Assembly (NCBI GenBank): GCA_013373245.1
Contig: JABXID010000203.1
Location: 1 to 60,586 of the forward strand
From: Gammaproteobacteria bacterium
Lineage (GTDB): Bacteria; Pseudomonadota; Gammaproteobacteria; Enterobacterales; Alteromonadaceae
DNA length: 60,586 nt
Reading direction: 5' to 3'
The stretch's first letter is position 1. Each line of letters opens with the position of its first letter. Under the pieces are notes generated by a model. The model had not been told where the DNA came from. It did not search any database and saw only the letters and a list, made by a program, of their open reading frames with translations. Of this stretch, positions 9,766 through 21,115 are shown in pieces. The translations under genes were made by a program, and so were the position numbers.

Positions 9766-10881
9766 ATGAATGACTTTAAGACTTGGATATTGCAAATCAT
9801 CGCTTTGATCATTGCCAGCTTGTTATTACTTGGCTGTACAGAGTCTGATCTAAAGCAACAGCAAAAGGAGATTGTTCGACCAGCCAAGATTGCGACCGTT
9901 GAGCCTGCCAATGGTTCAAGTATTAAAACATTTACCGCAACGGTTGAGCCGACACAGGATGCGCAATTGGCGTTTCGAGTTAATGGCGAAATTATTGAAC
10001 GTTTGGTAGTCGCTGGTGTTGAAGTCGAGAAAGGCCAAGTCTTAGCGCGCTTAGATGACCAAGACTTTAAGTTACAAGTTAAACAAGCCAAAGCTCGCTA
10101 TGATTTAATGCAAAGTCAGTTTAATCGTGCTCAAACGTTATTTAAAGACAAGCTCATTGCCTCATCCGCCTACGATGAAGCGCAAGCCCAGCTCGATATT
10201 GCAGAGGCGCAGTTAGATGCAGCCAAAACCAACTTGGAATATACCACGCTTAAAGCGCCATTCTCTGGAATTGTTGCACAAGTACATGTCGAACCATTTG
10301 AATTTATTCAAGCAAAACAACCTATTATGGAGCTGCAAGGACGTGACACGGTTGATGTGGCGATTCAAGTGCCAGAAGCTTTAATGGCAAGGATCCCAAA
10401 ATCCAAAGAAACAAACGCTTATCAACCCACCTTGATATTAGATGCTAAACCAGATACGCAATTTAAAGTTACTTCACGTGAACACGATATAACGCCAAAC
10501 CCCGCGACAAAATCGTACAAGGTTGTATTTTCGTTTAAGCCGCCACAAGACATTAATGTATTGGCCGGTATGACGGGCAAACTGTACGTTGAAATGGATA
10601 AGTTAATTGATGCACCTGCCAACGTCTTTGTTGTGCCTGTCGAGTCGGTATTTTTGCCCAATAAATACGCGGGTGAAGATAAACATTTCGTTTATCGTTT
10701 AACAGAAAATAACGTGACCGAATTGCACCAAGTGTCGCTTATTCGACTGAGCCAACAAGGCGCAATTATTCAGGCTATTAATGACAATATTAAAGTAAAT
10801 GACAGAGTCATTGCAGCTGGTAGTCATTTAATTGCAGAAGGGCAAAAAGTGACACCTTGGACTCGTGAGAGAGGGCTCTAA
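9766..10881 (+). CDS. RND efflux periplasmic adaptor (MFP), lipoprotein
   Basis: LLLLGC lipobox; LAFRVNGEI..VEKGQVLARLD and TTLKAPFSG motifs. Confidence 0.93.
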   Translation: MNDFKTWILQIIALIIASLLLLGCTESDLKQQQKEIVRPAKIATVEPANGSSIKTFTATVEPTQDAQLAFRVNGEIIERLVVAGVEVEKGQVLARLDDQDFKLQVKQAKARYDLMQSQFNRAQTLFKDKLIASSAYDEAQAQLDIAEAQLDAAKTNLEYTTLKAPFSGIVAQVHVEPFEFIQAKQPIMELQGRDTVDVAIQVPEALMARIPKSKETNAYQPTLILDAKPDTQFKVTSREHDITPNPATKSYKVVFSFKPPQDINVLAGMTGKLYVEMDKLIDAPANVFVVPVESVFLPNKYAGEDKHFVYRLTENNVTELHQVSLIRLSQQGAIIQAINDNIKVNDRVIAAGSHLIAEGQKVTPWTRERGL

Positions 10882-10882
10882 C

Positions 10883-13800
10883 ATGAGTCAAGGTTTCGAT
10901 ATCGCAAGATACTTTATTACCCAAAAAACCAGCTCATGGCTGTTTGCGTTGTTGTTATTGTTTGGTGGAATTATTTCTTACTTCGAATTGGGGCAGTTAG
11001 AAGATCCTGAGTTTGCAATCAAACAAGCCATTGTCGTCACGCAATATCCGGGTGCATCACCAGAGCAAGTTGAAGAAGAAGTCACCTATCCATTAGAAAA
11101 TGAAATTCAGAAACTACCTTACGTTGATTATATAAAGTCAATTACCACGAACGGTGTTTCGCAAATCATTGTCGAAATGAAACCGATTTATCGTAAAAAT
11201 GAGCTTAGGCAAATTTGGGATGAACTGCGGCGAAAGATCAATGACTTCCAGCCAAGTTTGCCTTCAGGTACGCACCCCACCATTGTAAAAGATGATTTTG
11301 GCGATGTGTTTGGCATTTTACTGGCGGTAACCGGCGACGGCTTTAATTACGATGAAATTAACGATTATGTGGATTTTATTCGTCGTGAATTAGTTTTGGT
11401 CGATGGCATCGGCAAGGTGGTTGTTGAAGGCAAACAACAAGAGCAAGTTATCATCGAGATATCTAACAATAAAATGGTGTCATTAGGACTGTCTGCGGAA
11501 TACATATATCAGATATTGGCGCACCAAAATGTAGTTTCAAATGCGGGCTCTGTGCGAGTAGGTAATGAAAATATTCGTTTTCATCCAACAGGCGAATTCA
11601 CATCCGTGCAGGAAATGGGCAATTTATTGATAAGTCCACCGGGTCAAAGCAAACGTATAAAGCTGTCTGACGTGGCACGCATTTACCGAGATTTTACAGA
11701 GGTACCAAGTCACATTGTTCATCATAATGGTAAACAAGCCTTGTACGTAGGTTTGTCATTTGCATCCGGTGAAAATGTGGTGAATGTCGGCAAGGCAGTC
11801 GATAAAAAGTTACAACAATTGGAGCAGTATCGACCATACGGCATCCATTTAGATACAGTTTATAATCAACCTCAAGAAGTCGAAAGTTCAGTTGACGGAT
11901 TCATTTTAAGTTTATTGGAAGCTGTTGCCATAGTGATCATTGTTTTGCTGCTGTTTATGGGGGTAAAAACAGGGTTATTGATAGGCGGGATTTTGCTGAT
12001 CACCGTATTAGGCACGCTTATTTTTATGTACGTATTCGACTGGCAACTTCATCGAGTATCACTTGGTGCGTTAATTATTGCCTTGGGAATGTTGGTAGAT
12101 AATGCGATTGTAATTGTCGAAGGCATTTTAATTGGCATGAAAAAGCGCCTCAGTAAGCTTGAGGCGGCGAGTTTAATAGTTAAACAAACTAAGTGGCCGT
12201 TATTAGCAGCGACTTTTATCGCCATCATTGCTTTTGCACCGATCGGTTTATCGCCGGATGCAACGGGTGAATTTGCTTCTTCTTTATTCTACGTATTATT
12301 AATTTCTTTGTTATTAAGTTGGGTAACCGCCATTACGTTAACGCCATTTTTTGCTCATTTATTGTTTAACGAAACCGCAGAAGCCAAAGCAAACTCCGGC
12401 CTTGATGCAACAGTTGAAAGTAATGAAAAAACAGACCCTTACACTGGACGTTTTTACCAAGGGTATAAATCTATATTGCAAGCGACATTAAGACTCCCCA
12501 AGTTCACTATGTTAGTTATGTTAGTGCTGTTTATGGCTGCCGGGGTTGGTTTCAAGTATGTTAAACAAGCATTTTTCCCATCTTCTAATCTACCGTTATT
12601 TTATTTGGAATATCGGCTACCGATGGGCTCCGATATTCGTTCAACGGCTGAACAAGGATTAGATATTGCCCAATACGTACAACAAATAGATGAGGTAGAG
12701 TTTGTAAGTTCGACTGCAGGGCGAGGCGCGACTCGTTTTATGCTGACTTACCCTATGGAAATGAACTACGCCAACTATGGACAGTTGATCATTCGATTAG
12801 ATCATAAAGGCGATATTGAGCCTGTGATTCGAAAAGTTCATCAATATATGACCACTCAGAAGCCGGATATTGAGAGTAAGATCACCCGGGTAGATATTGG
12901 CCCAGCAAACGCATCAAAAATAGAAGCCCGTTTTTCAGGACCAAATCCAGATGTATTGAGGCAACTTTCTGATCAAGCAAAAGCGATTCTTCGTGCCGAT
13001 TCTGGTGCGGTTAATGTCACCGATGACTGGAAGAATATGTCGAAGCTTATTCGTCCAATTTTTAATTCAGAAGCAGGAAGAGAGGTAGGCATCACCAAAG
13101 AAGATGTTGATCATTTATTACTAACCAACTATCGCGGCAGAACAGTCGGCGTTTATCGAGATGGCACCGAGCGTTTGCCAATATTGGTACGTTTACCAGA
13201 GCAAGAGCGAAAAACCATCAATACGCTTGATGATTTACAAATATATAGCCCCGTATTAAATCAATATTTGCCGCTAAAACAAGTGGTTGATGAATTTCGT
13301 ATTGAGTTTGAAAATCCTGTAATTAAGCGCCGAGATCGCAAGCGTATGCTGTCGGTCATGGCCGATAATGACTTGTTAGGAAATGAAACTGCGGAGCAGG
13401 TCTTTTTGCGTGTTAAACCTAAGATTGAGGCGATCGAATTACCGTCTGGTTATGAATTGACCTGGGGTGGTGAATATGAATCAAAAACTAAAGCGCAAGG
13501 GCCGATTTTTGGTGCACTGCCCTTAGGTTATGGCCTGATGTTTATCATTACTGTGTTGTTATTCAATTCAGCTAAACTGGCTACTGTTATTTGGACAACG
13601 GTACCTCTGGCGATTATTGGCGTCACAATTGGTTTTTTACTTACTGGTATTCCATTTGGTTTTATGAGTTTATTAGGCCTCTTGAGTTTGTCCGGCATGT
13701 TAATAAAAAACGGTATTGTATTGGTTGAGCAAATAAAGCTGGAGCGGGCAGAAGGGCGGGAATATTACGATTCAATTGTTTATGCTTCTATCAGTCGCGT

Positions 13801-13984
13801 TAGACCGGTTGCAATGGCGGCAATTACAACTGTATTGGGGATGGCTCCATTATTATCGGACGACTTCTTTAAAAGCATGGCCGTTGTGATCATGTTCGGT
13901 TTGAGTTTTGCGACAGTACTCACGTTAATCGTTGTACCAGTTATGTATTCTTTATTAATTAAACCGACGGATAAGAATTTATAA
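10883..13984 (+). CDS. RND efflux permease (AcrB/AcrD/AcrF family)
   Basis: YPGASPEQVEEEVT, GMLVDNAIVIVE, KNGIVLVE and RVRPVAMAAITT motifs; about 1030 aa. Confidence 0.95.
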   Translation: MSQGFDIARYFITQKTSSWLFALLLLFGGIISYFELGQLEDPEFAIKQAIVVTQYPGASPEQVEEEVTYPLENEIQKLPYVDYIKSITTNGVSQIIVEMKPIYRKNELRQIWDELRRKINDFQPSLPSGTHPTIVKDDFGDVFGILLAVTGDGFNYDEINDYVDFIRRELVLVDGIGKVVVEGKQQEQVIIEISNNKMVSLGLSAEYIYQILAHQNVVSNAGSVRVGNENIRFHPTGEFTSVQEMGNLLISPPGQSKRIKLSDVARIYRDFTEVPSHIVHHNGKQALYVGLSFASGENVVNVGKAVDKKLQQLEQYRPYGIHLDTVYNQPQEVESSVDGFILSLLEAVAIVIIVLLLFMGVKTGLLIGGILLITVLGTLIFMYVFDWQLHRVSLGALIIALGMLVDNAIVIVEGILIGMKKRLSKLEAASLIVKQTKWPLLAATFIAIIAFAPIGLSPDATGEFASSLFYVLLISLLLSWVTAITLTPFFAHLLFNETAEAKANSGLDATVESNEKTDPYTGRFYQGYKSILQATLRLPKFTMLVMLVLFMAAGVGFKYVKQAFFPSSNLPLFYLEYRLPMGSDIRSTAEQGLDIAQYVQQIDEVEFVSSTAGRGATRFMLTYPMEMNYANYGQLIIRLDHKGDIEPVIRKVHQYMTTQKPDIESKITRVDIGPANASKIEARFSGPNPDVLRQLSDQAKAILRADSGAVNVTDDWKNMSKLIRPIFNSEAGREVGITKEDVDHLLLTNYRGRTVGVYRDGTERLPILVRLPEQERKTINTLDDLQIYSPVLNQYLPLKQVVDEFRIEFENPVIKRRDRKRMLSVMADNDLLGNETAEQVFLRVKPKIEAIELPSGYELTWGGEYESKTKAQGPIFGALPLGYGLMFIITVLLFNSAKLATVIWTTVPLAIIGVTIGFLLTGIPFGFMSLLGLLSLSGMLIKNGIVLVEQIKLERAEGREYYDSIVYASISRVRPVAMAAITTVLGMAPLLSDDFFKSMAVVIMFGLSFATVLTLIVVPVMYSLLIKPTDKNL

Positions 13985-14029
13985 ATAGGTGAATATAGAC
14001 AACGTTCGTAACGTTCGGTGTCATTTACT

Positions 14030-14776
14030 TCAATTTACGTATTGGTTAATTATTTCGTCTAACTCACCAGAGGCTTTTAGGTTGATTAAATATTGATTAA
14101 AGTTTGCCAATTCAGGTTGCCATTTTTGGCTAAATGCAAACACGCCGTGATTTATATCAAATGAGTTTTCACTGCCATATATCACATCTTTTTTGTTTAA
14201 CTCTTTGTTAATAATATGAGTTGCCACCCACTCATTCATATAGGCTAAGTCGCAGCGACCTGACAACATCATTTTAAATTGACGGATCTCACTTTGTGTA
14301 TCCATACGTTTAACCAGATCATTTGCAACGTATTGATCGAACAAAGGATACTTGTAAAACTCGCGAGTACAAATGACTTTTCCTTTTAAGTTCTTAATGT
14401 TACCCGGTGAGTCTGGCAGTGGTGATAGGGCATAAAATTTATCGCCATTACTATAAAAAGGTTCTGAAAATATTAATTGCTCTGGGTATTTTACCCATTC
14501 GCTTGATAATAATGATACATCCGCAGAACCATCATACAGTGCCTTTTCGGCTCGTAAGCGATTTGACAATTCATATTTGAAACGCAAGTTGTGCTTTTTG
14601 CTATACCGCCTCAATACTTCTGCGGCAATGCCAATAAGTTGGTTGGACGATTCATCGACATAAAAATACGGTGGAGACTGCGGTAAATAGGCGGCAAAAG
14701 TTAATGACTCGGTTACTTTTGAGTATGCATGCTCAGTAATTAGGATAAAGCAGATGAATATAATTTTCAGTTTCAT
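14030..14776 (-). CDS. Periplasmic substrate-binding protein (family 3-like)
   Basis: Signal peptide MKLKIIFICF; PPYF, GRCDLAY and LKASGELDEIINQY motifs. Confidence 0.8.
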   Translation of the reverse strand: MKLKIIFICFILITEHAYSKVTESLTFAAYLPQSPPYFYVDESSNQLIGIAAEVLRRYSKKHNLRFKYELSNRLRAEKALYDGSADVSLLSSEWVKYPEQLIFSEPFYSNGDKFYALSPLPDSPGNIKNLKGKVICTREFYKYPLFDQYVANDLVKRMDTQSEIRQFKMMLSGRCDLAYMNEWVATHIINKELNKKDVIYGSENSFDINHGVFAFSQKWQPELANFNQYLINLKASGELDEIINQYVN

Positions 14777-14983
14777 AACAACCAAAATAGTGAAAAATGA
14801 ATAATGAGTGATTGGATTAAACAATCCCAACCTTTGATATATAGTCTTAGAATTTCATTACTGCAAAGAATCACTATCATTAAATGGTCTAACGGCTGTT
14901 AAGTTATTAAATATTTAACGAAATCTAGTCTAATTTCGCTTTGTCACAGGGAGAAAATTGGGGTAATCTTCAAATTAATACAA

Positions 14984-17044
14984 ATGCACAAAATGGGTAT
15001 GATTGGTTTGTCTCTGAAGTCTCAATTATCGCTGTTATCCTTAAGTATTTCACTCTGTTTATCGCAACAACTGCACGCGCAGGAGCAAATTGACTTTTTT
15101 GACATGTCAATTGAACAGCTCATTAACGTTGAGACACAAGTAGCAAGCATCCGCAGTGAATCAATCAAAGATACACCATCTGTTGTGACGACGTTTAGTC
15201 AGGCTGAAATCCGCAGTTTAGGTGTTTCGGAACTGTTTGATTTAATGAATTTTGTACCAGGATTTCAATCAGTCACCGGTGAGTTTGTATCCTCTCATAA
15301 AAAGTTACAATCTCGCGGTGTGTATTTAGATTCAGGTTATGTATTGATTATGGTCGATGGCGTTAGACTCAATGAGTCGTCGTTTGGTAAAGCCAGTGTA
15401 TACACGCCTTATATTGATTTAACTAACGTTGAAAAGGTCGAAGTGATTCGCGGGCCTGGTTCAGAGATATATGGCAGCAATGCTTACCTTGGCGTAGTTA
15501 ATGTTGTGACAAAAAAGTCTAACGACAGCATGTTGGAAATTGGCTCACATAACCATGAAAAATTCACCGCTAACTTGCATAAAAAATATGAGTTTGGCGA
15601 CCTTGCTATCAACTTGGCTTTGATTGAAGGAGATGGAGAAACATACCCACAAAGTTTGCTGAATATCGACGATGTTTCGTCAAGTTATAAAAATAACAAG
15701 CCGTATAAACATCAGCAGTTCTCTGTTTCATTTGGCAATGACGTTTATTCTTTACAGTATAAAATTGACGGTCATGAGTTAGACCGTTTTGTTAATTTAG
15801 AAGGTTATCATCCGGATAATCGTTTTGATGCTTTGAACCAATATTTTTCAGGTTCGTTTAATCATGAATTTGCCAACAAAATAAATTGGCAAACCTTGGT
15901 TAATTATTCACAACACGAAATGAAGTCTGCCGGTTATATTCAAAGTGGCGATATCAGACCTTACAGCCAAGACTTTATTTTAGGACCTCGTTGGAGCACG
16001 CGTGATAAAAACGTAAGAACTCAGCTGAGTTACGATATTCAACAAAATATGTCGATGAAGGCTGGTATTGAATGGCTGGAAAGTGAACATTATGAAGCAG
16101 GAGCCCTTACTACGCATTTAACACCAGATAGCAGTTCAACAATTCCACTGGATAATTACTATTTAGGTGGCGTAACTGAATTTACAAGTATTGGTGATTA
16201 CCAAGCACTAGAAAATACCATCGAAAGTGTGGCTTTGTATGGTCAGTTTAAATGGCAAGTTGACCAAACACGGACTTTAAATCTAGGTGGACGTTACGAA
16301 AAATATCAAGAGTTGGACGATAGATTCACACCTAGGATCTCATATATACAAAAGCTAAATGAGCAAAACCAGTTCAAGTTAATTTATTCAGAAGCTTATA
16401 GAGCACCGGTAACTAATGAGTTGTACTCGGACGATGGCGTTACACTTGGTAATCCGAATCTCAAAGCCGAACAAGTATCTACCATAGAAGCGCAGTATTT
16501 ATATAAACAAGTCAATTGGTCAGCCGAGATCACTGGATTTCATAACTCAATGGACGATTTGATCATTTCAAAACCGATTGGGAACACTGGCCGCACGCAG
16601 TTCCAAAATGGAGGTAGTGAAACTATTTCTGGCATTGAAGCGCTCGGCTATTATCGAGTCAATCAACACGTTAAATTGCGTGGTACCGTCACTTCCTATT
16701 TGACCAGCACGGTAGAGTCAAGTTATTCGCACTTTGCAACGTTAGCTTTATTGTCTGAGTATCAAGACATTCAGGTGGGGGTCAATACTATTTATCGGCC
16801 AAAAGTCGAAGTAACTGATGGTTTTAGATTGGCCAGTCAACAACAAGTGTTTTCGGAAGACGACCTGTTTTTGGTGAACGCAAACATTACCTATAACTTA
16901 GGTCGCAGTATTTCATTAACGTTAAACGCGACAAACTTGTTTGATGAAAACTACGATATTTACGAGCCTCGCCAAAACTTAAACAATTACAAAGTGCCGC
17001 AACAAGGTCGAATGGTGAAATTTTCTGTCGGTTATCGGTTCTAA
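14984..17044 (+). CDS. TonB-dependent receptor
   Basis: Plug domain (DFFDMSIEQLINV, VEKVEVIRGPGSEIYG) and C-terminal GYRF beta-signal. Confidence 0.92.
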   Translation: MHKMGMIGLSLKSQLSLLSLSISLCLSQQLHAQEQIDFFDMSIEQLINVETQVASIRSESIKDTPSVVTTFSQAEIRSLGVSELFDLMNFVPGFQSVTGEFVSSHKKLQSRGVYLDSGYVLIMVDGVRLNESSFGKASVYTPYIDLTNVEKVEVIRGPGSEIYGSNAYLGVVNVVTKKSNDSMLEIGSHNHEKFTANLHKKYEFGDLAINLALIEGDGETYPQSLLNIDDVSSSYKNNKPYKHQQFSVSFGNDVYSLQYKIDGHELDRFVNLEGYHPDNRFDALNQYFSGSFNHEFANKINWQTLVNYSQHEMKSAGYIQSGDIRPYSQDFILGPRWSTRDKNVRTQLSYDIQQNMSMKAGIEWLESEHYEAGALTTHLTPDSSSTIPLDNYYLGGVTEFTSIGDYQALENTIESVALYGQFKWQVDQTRTLNLGGRYEKYQELDDRFTPRISYIQKLNEQNQFKLIYSEAYRAPVTNELYSDDGVTLGNPNLKAEQVSTIEAQYLYKQVNWSAEITGFHNSMDDLIISKPIGNTGRTQFQNGGSETISGIEALGYYRVNQHVKLRGTVTSYLTSTVESSYSHFATLALLSEYQDIQVGVNTIYRPKVEVTDGFRLASQQQVFSEDDLFLVNANITYNLGRSISLTLNATNLFDENYDIYEPRQNLNNYKVPQQGRMVKFSVGYRF

Positions 17045-17086
17045 TATAGAAAGTTACCTATTTATTAAATACGACAGAGCGGTTTT

Positions 17087-17599
17087 ATGTTTAAAAATCT
17101 ATTTATACAGGCGGTCTTTTTTGTAGTCGTTTTTCTGTTAATTAGCTGGTTTCGTGAATCCAGTTTATTGCCTACTGATGGCGAGTATGCGCTACCCGAA
17201 GTTACGGTCGAACGTTTGTCTGGCCAAACAGTGCCACTTGCGCAATATAGCGGCAAACCAACTCTTTATTATTTTTGGGCTCCGTGGTGTTCAGTGTGCA
17301 AACTCAGTATGCCTAACCTGCAAGAGTTTCATGAGTCACAAATGTCAAAACCGGAAGCGGAACGTATAAACGTAGTATCGGTTGCGCTAAGTTACGACAG
17401 TAAACAAGAAGTCATTGATTATGTGGTTGATCGTAAATATCAATTTACGACGGTATTGGGAAATGTCGAAACTGGTGCAGCGTTTAAGATAAAAGGCTTC
17501 CCAACATACTATTTTGTTGACGAAAATGGTTGTTTAGTCAGCAAATCGATGGGGTACAGCACCGAATTAGGGATGTTTTTACGCTCGCTCACTTTGTAA
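17087..17599 (+). CDS. TlpA-family membrane-anchored thioredoxin-like disulfide reductase
   Basis: FWAPWCSVC, cis-Pro loop GFPT and an N-terminal TM segment. Confidence 0.9.
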   Translation: MFKNLFIQAVFFVVVFLLISWFRESSLLPTDGEYALPEVTVERLSGQTVPLAQYSGKPTLYYFWAPWCSVCKLSMPNLQEFHESQMSKPEAERINVVSVALSYDSKQEVIDYVVDRKYQFTTVLGNVETGAAFKIKGFPTYYFVDENGCLVSKSMGYSTELGMFLRSLTL

Positions 17600-17694
17600 A
17601 CAAATGCATTAGTGAATGCCTATGATGTCTGGCGTCTCCCCACGGGTTTTGTTAGTCTAATCTATTGATTAAAAATACATAGGCTATAGATAGT

Positions 17695-18822
17695 ATGCGC
17701 ATTACTTCAAATTTTGACAGCGGAAACATATCTGTGATTTCTGCGACAGATTGCAATGACGTTCAGCTTGAAATCAAAAATGACCATAACTCAGAGTTTT
17801 ATCAGTGGTTTCATTTTAAAGTTGAATCAAACGCTGGCGAAGAGCATACATACCGAATTCTAAATGCCAAAAACTCGGCATATCCAGACGGTTGGGTGGA
17901 CTACCACACAATGGCTTCTTACGATCGTGAAACTTGGTTTCGTATCGATACGGAATATAAAAATGGTGAACTGGTGTTTAAACACATTCCGGAGTTTGAC
18001 CACGTATTTTACGCCTATTTCGTGCCGTATTCTTATGAGAGACATTTAGATTTAGTACACAAATCTCAGTTGATGCCTGACACACAACTTATCACTCTTG
18101 GTGAAACGTTGGACGGTCGTGACATGTCTGTGTTACAAATCGGTCAGCCAGCAGAAGGCAAAAAAGTGATTTGGATCACCGCTCGTCAGCACCCTGGTGA
18201 GTCAATGGCGGAATGGTACGTAGAAGGTTTATTAGACCGCCTATTTGACCATGATGATGCAACGTCTCGATTATTAATGGACAAAGCGGTGTTTTACGTC
18301 GTGCCAAACATGAACCCAGACGGTTCGGCTCGCGGTCATTTACGTACAAATGCAGCAGGTGCTAACTTAAATCGCGAATGGATGACACCGACGATGGAAA
18401 ATAGTCCAGAAGTGTTATTTGTTCGTGAAAAGATGTTTGAAACAGGCGTCGATATGTTTTTGGACATTCATGGCGATGAAGCGATTCCATATAACTTTGT
18501 GGCAGGTTGTGAAGGCATCAAAAGTTACGATGAGCGTCACAAGCAACTGGAAGAGTCTTTTAAAGCCGCGTATGCAGCTGCAACACCGGAATTTCAAGAT
18601 GTCCATGGTTATCCAAAAGATAAGCCGGGCGAAGCAAACCCAACGGTTGCTGCCTCTTGGGTCGGTGAACAATTTAAGTGCTTATCTTACACCGTAGAAA
18701 TGCCGTTTAAGGATCATAATGATGCACCAGATGCATTTTACGGCTGGAACGATGTGCGTTCGGCGAAATTTGGCTCAGATGCGCTGACGGCAATTTTAGC
18801 TGTGGTTGATCAGCTAAGATAA
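17695..18822 (+). CDS. M14-family cytosolic zinc carboxypeptidase
   Basis: NFDSGN, ARQHPGE, NPDG, NLNR and DIHGDE motifs. Confidence 0.92.
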   Translation: MRITSNFDSGNISVISATDCNDVQLEIKNDHNSEFYQWFHFKVESNAGEEHTYRILNAKNSAYPDGWVDYHTMASYDRETWFRIDTEYKNGELVFKHIPEFDHVFYAYFVPYSYERHLDLVHKSQLMPDTQLITLGETLDGRDMSVLQIGQPAEGKKVIWITARQHPGESMAEWYVEGLLDRLFDHDDATSRLLMDKAVFYVVPNMNPDGSARGHLRTNAAGANLNREWMTPTMENSPEVLFVREKMFETGVDMFLDIHGDEAIPYNFVAGCEGIKSYDERHKQLEESFKAAYAAATPEFQDVHGYPKDKPGEANPTVAASWVGEQFKCLSYTVEMPFKDHNDAPDAFYGWNDVRSAKFGSDALTAILAVVDQLR

Positions 18823-18830
18823 AAAAGATT

Positions 18831-18858
18831 AAAAGAAAGAGCTCAGGCTCTTTCTTTT
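18831..18858 (+). terminator. Rho-independent terminator
   Basis: AAAAGAAAGAGC-TCAG-GCTCTTTCTTTT. Confidence 0.8.
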
Positions 18859-18932
18859 GTTATATAGGCTTTGTATAAAAGCAAATGTGACAACATTACT
18901 CTATAAATTACAATAACAAAAAGGAACAAACA

Positions 18933-20606
18933 GTGAGTACATTTAATGATTTACTCGTTTTTCTTGATAGCATTTTAGGAAGCTCTCCTTGGTTTCCATA
19001 TGTGTTATTAGGTGTCGGTATATTCTTTACGGTTTACCTAAAATTCCCACAAATTCGTTACTTCAAACACGCTTGGCAAGTTGTGACGGGCAAATACGAC
19101 AAAAAAGACGCGGAAGGGGATACTAACCATTTCCAAGCGTTATCAACTGCGTTATCAGGTACTGTTGGTACTGGTAATATCGGTGGTGTTGCATTAGCAC
19201 TGTCAATTGGTGGTCCAGCGGCCTTATTCTGGATGTGGATGACGGCATTTTTTGGTATGACGACTAAGTTTGTTGAGGTAACTTTATCTCACAAGTATCG
19301 TGTGAAAACAGACGACGGTACTATGGCTGGTGGCCCAATGTACTATATGGACCGTCGTTTAAACATGAAATGGTTGGCGGTACTTTTTGCTATCGCAACG
19401 GTTATTAGTTCTTTTGGTACAGGTTCGTTACCACAAATTAACAATATCGCAGTAAGTATGGAAAACTCGTTTGGCGTTGAAAAAATGCTAACTGGCGGTA
19501 TTTTAGCGATCTTATTAGCACTAGTTATCTTAGGTGGTATTAAACGTATTGCTTACATCACTTCTCGCGTAGTGCCTACTATGGCAATTTTATACGTTAT
19601 CGGTGCGTTAGGTGTTATTTTCTACAATATTGAAAACTTAATTCCTTCATTTATTTCAGTGTTTGCTGATGCCTTTACAGGCTCTGCGGCTACAGGTGGT
19701 TTCATCGGTGCTGCGTTTGCTTATGCATTTACTAAGGGGGTTAACCGCGGTTTATTCTCGAACGAAGCGGGTCAAGGTTCTGCGCCAATCGCTCACGCGG
19801 CTGCTAAAGCAGACGAACCTGTTTCTGAAGGTATGGTGTCAATTTTAGAACCTTTCATCGACACAATTATCATTTGTACGTTAACCGGTATGGTGATTTT
19901 ATCGTCAGGCGCTTGGCATGAAAAATATGAGAATGACTTCCAACGCTCTGATATGACCATCATTGCAGGTCAATATTCTGAGAGTGATCAATCTAGCATG
20001 GATGAGTTGTACAAATACTTAAACGGCGAAAGCTCAGCGGTTGAAACGTATACAGGTGAAGTTACTGTTGCTAATGGTGTAGTAGCGCAACCAGAGTTTA
20101 CTATTATTAACTCGCGTTCTATAGCTGAAGACGTAGTGTTTTTATTGCCAGGTGAGCACGTTTATAACGGTAAGTTAAAGATAATTGATGGCTCATTTAA
20201 GAACAAAGAAATTATCGTTCGTGGTAAATCTTTGATTCACTCAGCCGCACTCACCACCGAGGCGTTCACAAATGGTTATTTTGGTGAGTCTGGTAAATAT
20301 ATTGTCACGATTGGTTTATTGCTATTTGCGTTTTCTACTGCAATCGCTTGGTCTTATTATGGCGACCGCGCAATGACCTATTTATTGGGTGCAAAGTCAG
20401 TTATGCCTTATCGCGTAATTTACGTTGCTGGTTTCTTTTGGGCATCATTTGCTGATACGTCTTTAATTTGGACCTTGGCGGCAGTGGCTATTGTAGTAAT
20501 GACGTTACCAAACTTATTTGGTATTTTATTACTGCGCAAAGAAATGAAAGAAACGGTTGACGACTACTGGGTTCAATTTAATAAAGAACACAGCGATAAA
20601 AAATAA
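18933..20606 (+). CDS. Alanine/glycine:cation symporter (AGCS family)
   Basis: [22 protein letters not shown] and [13 protein letters not shown] motifs. Confidence 0.93.
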   Translation: MSTFNDLLVFLDSILGSSPWFPYVLLGVGIFFTVYLKFPQIRYFKHAWQVVTGKYDKKDAEGDTNHFQALSTALSGTVGTGNIGGVALALSIGGPAALFWMWMTAFFGMTTKFVEVTLSHKYRVKTDDGTMAGGPMYYMDRRLNMKWLAVLFAIATVISSFGTGSLPQINNIAVSMENSFGVEKMLTGGILAILLALVILGGIKRIAYITSRVVPTMAILYVIGALGVIFYNIENLIPSFISVFADAFTGSAATGGFIGAAFAYAFTKGVNRGLFSNEAGQGSAPIAHAAAKADEPVSEGMVSILEPFIDTIIICTLTGMVILSSGAWHEKYENDFQRSDMTIIAGQYSESDQSSMDELYKYLNGESSAVETYTGEVTVANGVVAQPEFTIINSRSIAEDVVFLLPGEHVYNGKLKIIDGSFKNKEIIVRGKSLIHSAALTTEAFTNGYFGESGKYIVTIGLLLFAFSTAIAWSYYGDRAMTYLLGAKSVMPYRVIYVAGFFWASFADTSLIWTLAAVAIVVMTLPNLFGILLLRKEMKETVDDYWVQFNKEHSDKK

Positions 20607-20626
20607 CGCGTTGACCCGTTAAATAT

Positions 20627-20663
20627 AAAAAGCACTTCTTGATGCAAATCTTGAGGTGCTTTT
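20627..20663 (+). terminator. Rho-independent terminator
   Basis: AAAAGCACTTC...GAGGTGCTTTT stem. Confidence 0.65.
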
Positions 20664-20778
20664 GCGTTTCTTAATGACGAGTTTTTATATGCAAGTTGGT
20701 ATTTTGTCTTTCAATTGACACAAGTATCCCAATATAAAGACTTAAGTTTTTATCTTTTTGGAGTGACAGAGGTTCACT

Positions 20779-21108
20779 ATGGCTATTGTAAATTGCCCGC
20801 AATGTGCAAAAAAAATCTCGGATAAACAAAAAGTTTGTCCACACTGCGACTTAGACATGTCGGAATTGTCAGAAGAAAAAATGCAATCGTTAGGTCGTAT
20901 CAAAAAAATTAAATCAGACCAGTCCATGATGACCCAACAAGCGGTTGCCATGTTAATGTTTTTAGGTGGTGTGTTAGCGCTTTACAACAGTGATGCGCCA
21001 CAATCACCGCAACATACAGCTGCACAAGCTTGTATGATCATTGGATTTTTATGGTACATCATAAATCGTTTTCGCATGATCATCGCGAAACGTAAAAAGC
21101 GCGGGTGA
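20779..21108 (+). CDS. Zinc-ribbon membrane protein
   Basis: CPQC..CPHC followed by two hydrophobic helices. Confidence 0.8.
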   Translation: MAIVNCPQCAKKISDKQKVCPHCDLDMSELSEEKMQSLGRIKKIKSDQSMMTQQAVAMLMFLGGVLALYNSDAPQSPQHTAAQACMIIGFLWYIINRFRMIIAKRKKRG

Positions 21109-21115
21109 TCAGCAA

